From the NCBI RefSeq assembly GCF_006345805.1, contig NC_042998.1:99820001-99884000 (forward strand): a DNA stretch of 64,000 nucleotides, read 5' to 3'. Numbering within the stretch: position 1 is the first letter of the stretch; every line of letters starts with the position of its first letter. The stretch is from Octopus sinensis (lineage: Eukaryota). The notes beneath the pieces are model-generated. The model worked only from the letters and a program-made list of their open reading frames with translations. It had not been told where the DNA came from and did not search any database. Of the stretch, positions 27,637-39,966 are shown piece by piece. A program made the position numbers and the translations under genes.

Positions 27637-28323
27637 GTACTTTATGTATACGAACTTTTGCTCCATTTTTATATTTTCTCTCAGTCATCTTTGTTTATCG
27701 TTCGACATATGAAGTTTATTCATTCTGTTACTGCTGTTGTTACAATGTTTTCTACCCTTGTTTGTCTTTCATGTCCACTCGACTTTACCTCTGCAGATTG
27801 TCGGATGTGTTATACACTGCTGGTCACAATGCACTTCACCGCAATGTTGTGGCTTTCGAATGATGCCAATCCGCTGGCTAGGTGGCCAGACCGACATTCC
27901 CCTTGAACAGAACGCCAATCTGTCGCAGGGTTACCCATTTACAGCTGAGTCCACTTAGCTGTAGATATACAATATTAGACACACACAAAAAGAAACAATA
28001 GGCTCTCCAGCTGGAGTGTAATCACGTGTTTATCGCTTGCCAAGTGAGCGGTTTATTGTTCACACGAAAATGGCTTATTGATGTAATATAACCACTTCTA
28101 CCTCCATAAGTATTTCATTCGTTTCTCACAAAACTTATCAGCCACATTAGATAGATATTCTACTACAATTAATAGATAACTAGCATTATGACCCGGCGTT
28201 GCCGGGTCATAGTGCTAGTGCATGTATATATGTGTATATATATGTGTACATCTATATATATACATCTACACAAAAAATCGCTAGTGATAACAATACTCAA
28301 AATATATAACAGACTGGAATTGT

Positions 28324-28776
28324 AGGCCCGTCTCTTGCAATTTCGATCAATTGTATCTTGTCCTCCCTCTTGTATAAAAGTGTGGCTACAATCCAGCCTG
28401 CCTCTACTTCTGAGGGGACATTTAAAATTTTTATCCGGGACGTCCTACGTCCCAGGTATAAAGGTAAAAATAAAATATTTCCACTTTGCAAGGTTCGAGT
28501 CGAGTACTCCCTTGCACGCTCCGTTGACTCGAACCTTGCTTCTATTGTGGCGAATTTACCGCCTCTGGTTAGATACTTGATATCTTTCATAGTCGCACCA
28601 AGACACTTTTCGATGGTGCTTTCCTTCAGGTGCACAAATCTTTTTTTTTTCTCTACATTGTATACTTTATAGACAATAGTCTTTTCTTTAATTTAATGGA
28701 CTATTCCATTTCTGCGCATTGATTTTATTTTTAATTTATTCCCATTCATGTGAAACCACTTATTCAAGTTCAAGTC
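28324..28776 (-). pseudogene. Third, more distant ORF1 fragment (N-terminal half), inside a Helitron
   Basis: KTIVYKVYNVEKKK...TIEKCL...TRGGKFATIEARF...FLPLYLGRRTSRIKILNVPSEVEAGWIVATLLYK aligns with KTITYRTLN...VEECL...TKGRMFGTVEVCF...LLPTYCDKRAARVRIGRVPPEIDEVWFMATILYN. In-frame TAA at 28693-28695. Confidence 0.7.
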
Positions 28777-28976
28777 ATTGATGCAATTTTATACCAATTG
28801 CTATTTTTACTTTTGTTATGTTACGATTATATTATACTTTAGTTTGATTTTAATTATTACTTACTACATATAATTCAATTGTTATTATTATCTCTAATTT
28901 TTTATTGTTAAAGTGAAAGTATCTGACTTAAAATAGAGAAATGTTTTTGTTTCACTTTTAACACGTAATACTGAAA

Positions 28977-29263
28977 TAGTGGAGAAGATATATTGCTATG
29001 GGCTCGCCCTAGGCAAGAAGTTGAACGTTTTTTTTTGCCCATGAAACTACATGGACCCTAAGTAAGGCATGTATAAAATTTGAATGAAATTGGTTGTGTA
29101 GTTCTCAAGTTTTAGGGAATCGTAGTGGAGAAGATATGATATTGCTGTGGGCTCGCCCTAGGGAAAAAGTTAGATTTTTTTGCCGATGACACTCCCCGGA
29201 CCCTAAGTAAGGCATATGTAAAATTTGAATGAAATTGGTTGTGCAGTTCTCAAGTTTTGGGGA
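28977..29263. repeat. Two-copy tandem repeat (146-bp period) inside the Helitron
   Basis: TAGTGGAGAAGATAT...GGACCCTAAGTAAGGCAT...GTTCTCAAGTTTT.GGGA at 28977-29118 and 29123-29263. Confidence 0.9.
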
Positions 29264-29569
29264 AACACACAGACAGACAGACACACACACACACACACAC
29301 ATTCTCAGTTTTATATATAGAGAGATATATAAATTCTTTGTCTCCAGAATCTCTCAACACTAAGCATAATCAATGGCCGATGTACGTTCAAAACAGGAAG
29401 GCGAAGAAAAGTATATGAATCCAGACGAAAATTTATGCATGTGTGCTGAGCAATTGAAACGCAGAGGTTTCGGGAAGTGTTTTTTAACAGTAAAATAATT
29501 TGACCTGTAAACTTGAAACGCTTGCAGGAATAAAAAGTCTACATTATAGCTTTTCTTTTCAATCAGTGA

Positions 29570-29570
<1 letters not shown>

Positions 29571-29642
<72 letters not shown>
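29571..29642. repeat. (TC)n microsatellite
   Basis: Read directly. Confidence 0.95.
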
Positions 29643-29646
<4 letters not shown>

Positions 29647-29908
29647 ACACAAACACATCAGATTATCCATTTTTACCCGAAGCATGTTCAGTCGTGAAAT
29701 TCTTATTTGTCTCTTCTCATTAAGAATTACTATCAATATTAATAGGTTTTTGTTTTTCTTCTCTGTTTACGAGTGAATTTGTTTTAATAAATTGAAATTT
29801 TATCCTGTACAACATGTTGTACGCCCAAACATTCCCATCTACTTGGTTATCTGGATTCATGCCACTGACTTCTTTATTTTCTCTTAGCTCCTTCAGTTTT
29901 ACACATGC

Positions 29909-29912
<4 letters not shown>

Positions 29913-29956
<44 letters not shown>

Positions 29957-29970
29957 TGTGTGTGTGTGTG
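29913..29970. repeat. (TG)n microsatellite
   Basis: Read directly. Confidence 0.95.
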
Positions 29971-32900
29971 TAAAATAGAGAGAGAAATTAACCATTACCC
30001 AAACTTTATGTCAGCTAAATTACTAAACAAACTGAATTAATTGATATATCTGAAATGACTTAAACTCTTGTTTTATTATAGATTTACATAATTTTGTTTA
30101 TATTCCTTTCATTCAATGATAGACATTGCTTTCTCGTTTTTTATTTTCTCACGATTCATCAGTCGATATTAACGTGATTCTCGACCAAATTTTATTATCA
30201 TATTCTCAGTGATTAACCCAAAACTTAATATCAGTTTTTTCTTGAATAATTTAAGGTGATCCCCCAAAAAGATGTAATGCATTTTGGTCGGCCTATTTTC
30301 TTAAGACCTACATTAAAGCCTTTTAAATATCCTTTATTTTACGAATTTGATACTATTTTGTTTTTCATTTTATTTTCTAAAAATACACCGGGCGTCCCTG
30401 GCTAACTGAATCCAGAATATAACTGAAATATTCCCGTGGAGATATAACATTTTAAAAGATGTTTATCAAAGTTGGCATCATGAAATATGATAGCAACTTG
30501 GAAAAATATTTCTTTTAAGCTTATTTAAAGGTCCATGATTTAGAAGTGGAAAAAATATCTAAGTGCTTCTCATATATCTCAGTATATTAATCACAGGTAT
30601 GAGTGTAATGTCGACAAAAAACTATATTTCAATCTTATTTGCCAGGAAATTAGGTTTTATTCTGTGGTGCACGCTAATGTACTGATAAGGACAAACAAAT
30701 TTTGGCGGAACGTAAGGAAGAAGAAAATTTCAATGTTTCCATGCATTCCCAAAGGCATGACTTCATCCGAGAACTGAAATCAGTTTAAAACTCAGTATAT
30801 TGGGTCACTTTTTGATAATTAGTGGGGTTTTTTTTGTGATTTTTCCCCCGAAAGAGTTCACTTTAAACTAAGTTGAACAATCAGAAAGCTTTTCTTTAAT
30901 CTGCTGTGACCCTATGCCAAGAATCAACAGTGATACTTATTTAAACTTCACTTTGTTACAACGATCAATAGTTATAAGTCGACTTCGTTCGAATTTTGAA
31001 CTCTGATTTTAAATTTATAGTTCATCATTAAATTAGCATGAAACAACTAATAATATAGTTTTACAGTCGTGCAAATCCTCCCCCACCACACACACACACA
31101 CCTCGCAGTCAACAACGAAAGTACTGTTATATTATTGTAAAGGCAAAATAAGATACTACCCACTGTAACTACCAGTTCATGTGATCAAAGAGTTCTACAC
31201 AACTCTCTATTTCGTTGCATTTCTGGTAATAACCATATGCTCAGTACTACTTCAGTTTACTTAACTGTTGGAAACAGCTCGATCATATCCTACAATCTCA
31301 GAACTTACGATTTATTTTGGTCAACTTTACCATTTGATTTGAAGTCTGATTCTCATTACAGGCTATGTTGATAGGTATCAGATGTGAATCTAGTGACTTA
31401 TTATACGTTAAACGCACCAATTACAGGATTTTCACCACTAGGTGGATATCTTCTTTGACTGCGATTGAATAATGCCGTGATTTCCACCATGACTTGTCAT
31501 ATATTCAATATTATCGCTGCTTTTTCATTGCAGTTACAATTTTATCAGAAATATTTCAACAGTCCGTTTCGCGATTCATTTCGTTCCAGTGCCTGTTCTT
31601 TAAATCGGATTCTTGTTCCCTTCGTCATCGTTGTTGTTGTTGTTAAACACGTGTTAGTTCTAGAGACATTGAATTATATAACCTATATATATATATATAT
31701 GTAAATGTTATGTTCTAGGTTATTGTTATTTGATACAAGTTAACATTGCACACTGATACGTATAAACTTCGCTTAGGCAATTTTGATCCATATAAGCCCA
31801 TATTTTAATTCATAGAATGTACCTTCTGTAGAGTCACAGCTGGTCGAGTCACTAAAGATTCAGATTATCATAGGTTCATTTTCAATCGATAGGGTAACTT
31901 TACGATGTTCGCCATCAGATTAATCTTTATACAGAGCATCCACATTAAAACCCACTCTGTTAAGCCGAGTATCGAATGGACTAGACGAAATCTGAGTTAC
32001 TCCCAGTAATGATTTCAACCACTTTCTTTGAATATCAGCATTTTGTTTGCCCTAAAATGATCGTTGATATTTTAGTGGTTAAGCATCTTTTAGTCTTGTA
32101 CTTTGTATGATAATTTCAAGAGAGAGTAATAATGATTTCTGAATAAGACACAAGGCCAGCAATTTGTGAATTTGTTTTAATAAATTGAAATTTATGGTTA
32201 GTCGATACCATTAGTCGGTACTTGACTAGTACTTTATCTTATTGATCTCGGAGGTACGCAAGGCAAAGCTGACCTCGACGAGATATGAACTAAGAATATA
32301 AAGAACCAGAACAAATACCGCAAAACATATTTGTTAACAGCCTCACCGGCTTAAGGGAGAACCGAAACAAAAATACATGCGATTTAATCTGAGAATCAGA
32401 AACAGCAAGGTAGATAAATGTAACTTGGTTCTTCAAGTCATTTCGAACTAAACATGCTGTAGTTGTTAAGCCCATTGACGGCATTGAAGATCCACCTGCT
32501 GATGACCCAGTGCCTCTTTAATCATCTCAGCATTCTATACGTAAGAAGCAAATATCAGTGGAGTATCATAGTTCTAGTGATTCGGGGATAAGCTATAGAT
32601 TCTACCCTACCACTGCTGCCGATTAAAGCTTGTCTGTCGTCAACCACAGGGAAATAAAATTAACAATTTATGATTGTAACTTTTGTTGTTAAATAATGTT
32701 ATAAATTATATATTTATGTTTTCTATAAGTAAATGATATTTAGTGTAATGTTAATTATTTTTCCTTTGTATCGTGTTCAGCACGTAGTATATATTTTTAA
32801 TATCATGTTCATATAGAATATTAAATTTCCTATATGATCTGCGCGTTAAAACAAGATCCCGTCATGTAGTACTGTTCAGCCACTTCGATCTCACCTGGAT

Positions 32901-33119
32901 GTGGATATATAGAGCAGTACATGAAAACGGCGAGGTAATGAGTGAGATTTCAAATGTAAATTTGAATGTGTGAGACACACCACAGGAAACAACTTTATGG
33001 CCACCGTCATCACTACCAAAACCCTCATCCTTCTCGCTATTGTCATCTTATTCATCTTCGTCTTCTTTACCGTCTTCGTTGACTGCCATTGTCATCTTTT
33101 TTGTTGTCAGCAACGACTT

Positions 33120-33161
<42 letters not shown>

Positions 33162-34566
33162 CGTCATTGGCGCCTTTCTGTCACCCACTTCATGGCTGTC
33201 GTCGCTATCGTAGTTACAAAAACACTTTCGTCATCATTAACATTGTTCTTAACATTATTTCCATCATCATCATCAGCATCAGCATCATCATTATTATTAT
33301 CATTGCGTTTCTAATTGGCTTCATCAACATTAGGAAAAGTTTGATAAACTAATGATTATAATAACAACAATCAAACAAAACCTATAAACGATTTCATGAA
33401 AAGTTACATCTTCAATTTCATTCTATCACATTCACAGGACTTTTGTATAGAAATTGACAAGCCACCTGTTCCCTGTATACATAACACATTGGCTACAGAA
33501 TTTGATTACACCTGCTGTTTTCCCCCTCTCTGCTAGAATATTAAGTTCAGTTTATTACACACCACATATAGCTCTGGTTCTATAACAGTAACAGAGAAGG
33601 AAAACACTTAATCTTTCGAACCTATCGGCTGTTTTGTTGAGCATAGTCAATTAAGCAAACGAATAGTGTTTAAGAGCGATGGAACAAAGAGTCAGCAGTA
33701 AACGCTCTAATACAGGTCCACAATCTTTTATACACGCACGCATGTGTATATTCCACTTATCTCGTTTATTTATTTGACTACATGCATGGAGAGATGGTTG
33801 GAAATATTCTCTTCGTAATTACTTGGTTTTCTTGAACCAGAAACCATGTAATTACGAACTTATCTTACTACGCGGTTACTTTCAACGAATGCATTATACT
33901 ATAGCCTCGGGTCTACCCAAGCCATGTGGGTAAAAGTGGATAAGCCGAAGCTTTATGCTTAGAATTTGATGTGACAACGTTTGCCTGGCCATGTACTAAA
34001 TTACCGGTTCAAGCACTTTGCTAAATTAAACTATCAAGTGTAACGAAATGAATATGGCTGGCTTTAAAACGTATTAGAACCATAAACTGTATTAAAATCT
34101 AATATATTCCGTATTAGAACCTAACATGTCCCATTAAATTTGAATGCCTTAACGATATTAGAATAGTCGAGTTTTATTAAATATGTCATGAACAACTGAT
34201 TAACGACTATATTATACAAGGATACATAGTCGTAATACCAGTTATTATAGTAAAAAAAAAAAGGGATTAGTTATTATAGTGTCTTGTGTGTATTAATATC
34301 TTGTGGATGTATCAGAAACTACCAACCACCCTGAACCATATTTAATTTGGACTATTCCAAAATCAAAATTTTTTTCCATAATACACTGGTGAGCCCTACT
34401 TTCCTAATGATATGTTTTCACACCCAGGTGAACTTTGCTGGCGAGAAAGAGATATTTGTGATATAGCTACAAGCAGTGCCCTCCTATCATATATGAACTG
34501 TGTAATTTCGAGCCAAGAGGCAAACATCTCCCCTATCAATTCCACAATCAGTTGTTTGATAGTATA

Positions 34567-34793
34567 CGAGAGGGTACTGAAAAGTTTCTGGTTGTACGGG
34601 TATCACGAAAGGCCTAGGTGGAGGCCCAATCTTCCAAGTTCTTTTACGGGGTTGAGAAAAACTGAAGGACTGCTGAAATAAGTGTGTGAATCTGAGAGGG
34701 GAATATGTTGAATAAAATCATAATTAACTGATCCTCCTGTATTTTCTTTTACCAAAAAAAAAAAAAAAAACAGGAACTTTTCAGTAATCCCCG
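34567..34793 (+). mobile_element. Mariner internal-deletion derivative (227 bp)
   Basis: TA-CGAGAGGGTACTGAAAAGTTTCTG ... CAGGAACTTTTCAGTAATCCCCG-TA. It retains the transposase C-terminal remnant NKCVNLRGEYVE*. Confidence 0.7.
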
Positions 34794-35952
34794 TAAGATA
34801 CTGGTAAGAATTAGAAGTAAGAACTGAATAAAAAGTTTAGCATTTTTTTTTTCTTTTTATTAAAGTTTTCCTAAAAATTATGAGACAAACGGTATATGTT
34901 CATAAAGACAAAGATGTCGGTATTCGAAAGTAATCATGATTTGGGAATTATATAAACTAATTCTAAGCTAATGCTAACTGTTGTGTCTCTTTCATCTTTA
35001 TCTCGCCAGGAAATATGAAAAATTTGTTAACCTTTTTTTAAAAGTTAAATATGTTTCAACGTTTCAGTATGTACATAAATAAGTACGGATGTATGTATGT
35101 AATATTCCATCACCTCTGCATGATGAGTCACATCTGTCGTTTGACAAGATAACAGCTATTTCACACACAAATCCTTAAACTAAATCGAGATCGTGACCTC
35201 ATGGGAAAAAAAATCTAATTTCGATTAAGGTATCTGCTTACAAAACATTTTATTGGCCATAACTGATTTAATCACGGAACACCACTCCTAACGTCATCCT
35301 GGTTTTCTACTGCCTTATCTCCAAGACTTCATCTAATTTATTTATTTCATCTTATTTTCTCATGATTGGTATATCTTTTCTGCACCATACTTCCACAGCT
35401 TGTAAACATTTTCTCTAAATTTTTCGTAATTATTCCTGCACTTATGGTAATCGAAAGATTTTCTCTTTAAACCAACTTACTTTTCAATATCAATCATGAA
35501 TGCCAAAGGTTTTGTTTTCTAAAACTCAAAACATTTTTTAAAAACAGGATTACTTAAAGCATTCGTATCCTGAATTATACGATAGGAAATATTGCTTTCC
35601 GTTTCTTAGGTACAAATACCCTAAGAAAGTTAGTTATCAAGGTTTTTTTTTTTACGCCTTTCCCCTAGCATATGTACAGGGGAAATGGCTTGAAGTGTTG
35701 ATTGAAATGTACTTCGATCATGACAATCTCGGGGCTTAGGTCTTGCCTTACGGTGCTCACCATCCATCATAATATTCAACATTTTTCCTTTCAGAGATAT
35801 TTTGTAAATGTATGAAATATAACGTGCGATAGTCGAATTTCTGAAAACCACATAGCAACAGGGATTTGACATCTTTTTCAACTCGAGTTGTTACAGCTGG
35901 AATCTCTTTCTCCCTCATTCTCTCTCCCATTCGTGCGTGCGTGCGTGCGTGC

Positions 35953-35996
<44 letters not shown>

Positions 35997-36652
35997 GCAA
36001 ATAAACAGCGGAACCAACATATATTCTGCATCGGTGAAGCAACGTCTCATAAGGGAACAGTTTATCAGCAACGAAAGTCTTGTGAACTTATGACAGGTTT
36101 GTTTATTAGGGAATAAATAGTCTGCTGCTGTGTTACATTCATCATTATTTTTTTTTTTCTCGTGTCTTATCTGCAAAATACCAGTTGTTGCTTCCATGAC
36201 ACAGATATTAATAATATTCAGCATGAAACCAGAGAATACTCCTCGTATAAATAAGGATTTCGTTTCTTGGACCTGCGACAAATTTGTATAATATAATCGA
36301 CGTAATATCTTGAATGAAAAGTAAATCAGTTCTAGTTGGTTTTGAACTTCACATACAAATTCGAGCGATCGGAATAAATACCGTAAAGCGTTTTCACCAA
36401 TACCTTCTTTTTAACGTTCCATAAGTAATAATTTTATTCAAATCAGAAAATCAGGGATTTTAGAAATGTAATAAGAAGTTGTGTGTGTGTTTTTTTTTTC
36501 TCTTATTACGTGCGATTCTCCAGCACTTACCATTCTTAATAGAAATAATTTCTCTTTTTAGAATAACCAAAAATAAATTCAAATTTACACAGAATATGGG
36601 AAATTGGATGCTATGAAAGTCATATTTTCCCTAAGTGCATTATTAGTAAATA

Positions 36653-37090
36653 AGGCGGCGAGCTGGAAGAATCGTTACCATACTGCCTAAAATGCTTAGC
36701 GGCATTTCACCAGTCTTTATGTTCTAAGTTCAAATCTCGCCGAGGTCGACTTTACCTTTCATCCTCTAGGGTCGATGGAAGAAAAAGTACTAGATGAGTA
36801 CTGGGGTCGGGGTAATTGGCAATCTTCTTACCCCAAAATTTCAGGCTTTGTGCTAGAGTACAAAAAAATTATTAATAAAGTAAAGAAGGCTGCTATCTAG
36901 CTGAATTATTAGAGAGTCGGACAAAATACTTAGAGGCATTTCTTCCGGCCCTTCACGTTCTCAGTTCAAATGCCTTCGCGGTCAACTTCGCCTTTCGTCC
37001 TTTCGACGTCTATAAAATAAGTACCGGTCGATGTAACTGACTTGCTCCCGCCCCTCAATATCGTTGGTCTAGCACCAAAATTCGAAAGAA
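36653..37090 (+). mobile_element. Two tandem SINE family A copies
   Basis: GGCGGCGAGCTGG at 36653 running to about 36870; second head at about 36885 with AGTTCAAATGCC and GGTCAACTTCGCCTTTCGTCC. Confidence 0.8.
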
Positions 37091-37635
37091 TTACTAGTAA
37101 ATGTACTAATATAGTTTCTATCAGAAGTTGAAACCGCATCGCATACATTGCAATCTTCCCATTTATTGCATTGGACTAATGTGAATTTTGTTATATGTAA
37201 TAAAATTTAGGTTTCATAATATAACTTTTAAATGCATTCGAGAATTTTCCCAAGTTTCTTCTCGATTTAGAATTCTGCAACAACAAAATTAACAACACGG
37301 CACTAATAATGACAGAGCTAGAAATAGCTGATTAGATTTTGGCCCTCATTTGAAGTCATCATGGCAAGTTTTGCTTTCATACAAATAGCATCTTTAAGAA
37401 TTAGTTTAGAATCAAATATTCCTTGATTCTAATTCTTGTTTTACCTACTCTCTACATGAATAATGTTATACTGTATTACCATTCTGAATACTTTCCATTA
37501 GCGAAATTCGGGAGCTAAATTAGTCACCATTTCAATTTTTTATGTGAATATTGTAATGGTTGAGGTAGATAGGTTAAGTAGGGAGGGGAAGATAGAGGGG
37601 AAAATCTACTAAACTACACATTACACATCAATCAT

Positions 37636-37667
<32 letters not shown>

Positions 37668-38312
37668 TAAAGTTACATATCGGGAATCAATTTGAAGAAG
37701 AAATTACACAAGGCAAAATCTAGTAGCAACATTTAACATTATGATTTTGTGTTCTTTGGAAAGAAAAACACTTCGAATGATTTTGTTAATGCTTTTTTTT
37801 TTCTCTCTAGCAAAAATAGTCCATTTCCATCATATCAAAAGAGTGAAGAAATGGAAGTGCGAAATTCTGATTTTCATCTTAAATTTCATTATATATGTAG
37901 TATTTCCGCAAAAAAAATGTATTAGCAGCTTTTAAACAAAGCGAAAGATGTTTATAGAATGACAACTTAAAATAAAAATTTTAACACGTGCATTCGCTGT
38001 TCAATCTTAAGTTAACAGAAAATATATTTAAGTATTGGTTGCATTGCCATCAAGGTGAAATGTCCGAAGTTTATAACTAGCAGCACTTTGGCATTTCATC
38101 TCTCTTTATACCCTTGGAAAATAAACAGATGCTTGTGTATTATTTAGTATCAGGTAAACATAGTTATTTGGCTAAGTTCTTTTCACAATCAAATGCATCT
38201 GGATAGAATAGATCCCACAACCGTCTTGTAGACTCAAGCTGACCAATAACTTGTACGGGAATTTGGTTAAATAGAAACTCTAGAAACTTTCTCTGGTTAC
38301 AGTCTTCTACTG

Positions 38313-39966
38313 AGTTACAGTCTTTACAAAGGTAGTCACCAACTGAACCCTTGAGTTGTAGTGTAGATTTCGCTCCTATGTGAGTTATTGTTTTATTACT
38401 TGATTACTGAATTGTTGAATATTGTGATTGTTTTAATTTGTTGAAAATTTTATTTGTCTTCCCCATTTATGTGTGAAGCAGTGAACAACGTGATTATGTA
38501 TACACAGGTACAAACAGGCAGTTATGCTGCAGTGACGAGCAAAAAGCCTGTCAGCTGAGCTACTGCAGATACGTGAATTGGAAGTCAAGGAAAGGGACTT
38601 CAAGAAGTTTAACACCTTACTGAAGAAGGAGGGAAGCTGTTTAAGGCTGACAGCCCCGAAAGAAGTGACGGAGAATACAGAAAGGAAAACCATTACCTAT
38701 AGAACGTTGAACATAGCAACAAAGAAGGTGGAGATTGCAGCCGTAGAAGCGGTCGAGGAATGTTTGAAAGAGATAAAAGAGTTAATCACATTCTACACCA
38801 AAGGACGAATGTTCGGCACGGTGGAGGTGTGCTTCGTAAATGAGAACGAAGCAAAGAAATATTCCACTGTAGCCTTGAAATCAGCGGAGTGGACACTATT
38901 ACCAACTTACTGTGACAAACGTGCGGCCAGAGTAAGGATAGGGAGAGTGCCCCCCGAAATTGACGAGGTATGGTTTATGGCAACCATCCTTTACAATACA
39001 GAAGAAGAGCGGAAGTCCTGAAAATATCAAAGACTGCGGAGGTGAACTAATGGGGATATGGGCTAGAGGTAATAGTACATATGAGGTTACCAGACCTCCA
39101 TAAGATTGTTGAAGACCTCGTTTTACCAGACGAAACCAGACTGAGAATTATTGTGGAAGGTAGACCTCCAATATGTTTTGCATGAAAAGCCAAGTGTCCC
39201 CAGAAACACGAACAGGAGGAGGTGGAGGAGAGTCAGGAAGAAGCAATTGTAACGGCAAAGGAGGAAGAGGAGTTTACAGTGGTAGAAAGGAAGGAAAAGA
39301 CATCGAATCTCCACCTAAAAAGAAAAGAAAGGCGGAGGAAAATAAGAACAGAAAAAGAAAAATGAGGTATCAACGGGAGAACGAATGCAAAGACCAGAGC
39401 CTTCAACAAGCAAGGAGGAGGAACGACAGAAGAAGAGACTAGAAAATGAGAAGGAGCAACAAATAGAGATGGAAACACTAGCAACATGGGCAGAGAGTGA
39501 AGTGATACAACCGAGAGAGCCACCGAAGGGGAAATATGAAAGTGTGATGGTTCAGTACGAAAAGAGTGTGGAAATAGAGAAAAGAATTTCCAAGATGAAA
39601 GGCGTGATAAGGATTAAGCTGACCGACAAGGAGCAGAACCGGAATCAGAAAGCAGTGCTGCTGGAAGATGAGAGAGAGCAGAAAGATTGAGAAAAATATT
39701 CGGAGACAGGATAGAGATAACAGCATTACGATTGATATAAGGCGGATTACCATCAGTGATAGAATTCGAGGAGTTAATAGACTTTATGATGTAAACGCGA
39801 TACAAATAATTACTAATTTTAAAAACAGTAAAATGGAACTTTTTAGGTTAGGAAAGCCATTTCAATTTCATTATTTCCATAATTCATTCATTATATGTTT
39901 GTATGTGCCCCACGTTTTGTGTTGTCCCGTCAATATTAAGGCTTTATGTCTATAATAAAGGAAGAT
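38313..39966 (+). mobile_element. Full-length ORF1-only (HAL1-like) non-autonomous non-LTR retroposon, L1/Tx1-type ORF1, decayed
   Basis: Identical 12-bp flanks AGTCTTCTACTG at 38301-38312 and 39967-39978. A broken ORF runs from ATG 38469 to about 39795: SYAAV, GTVEVCF, ARVRIGRVPPEI, WGYGLEV, VEGRPPICFA (damaged knuckle), then a K/E-rich tract. AATAAA lies just before the 3' end. No endonuclease or RT sequence follows. Confidence 0.8.

Larger units (their letters stand above)
28180..29325 (-). mobile_element. Non-autonomous Helitron carrying an ORF1 fragment
   Basis: The minus strand starts A^TCTCTCTATATATAAAACTGAGAATG(TG)n(TCTG)n and ends CCCGGCAACGCCGGG-TCATAATG-CTAG^T. Both termini resemble those of the 26636 Helitron. 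Confidence 0.8.

Noticed and set aside
39385-39690. 101-aa ORF as a separate gene or ORF2
   Set aside because: It lies inside the TSD-bounded element, continues the frameshifted ORF1 C-terminus and has no endonuclease or RT motifs.
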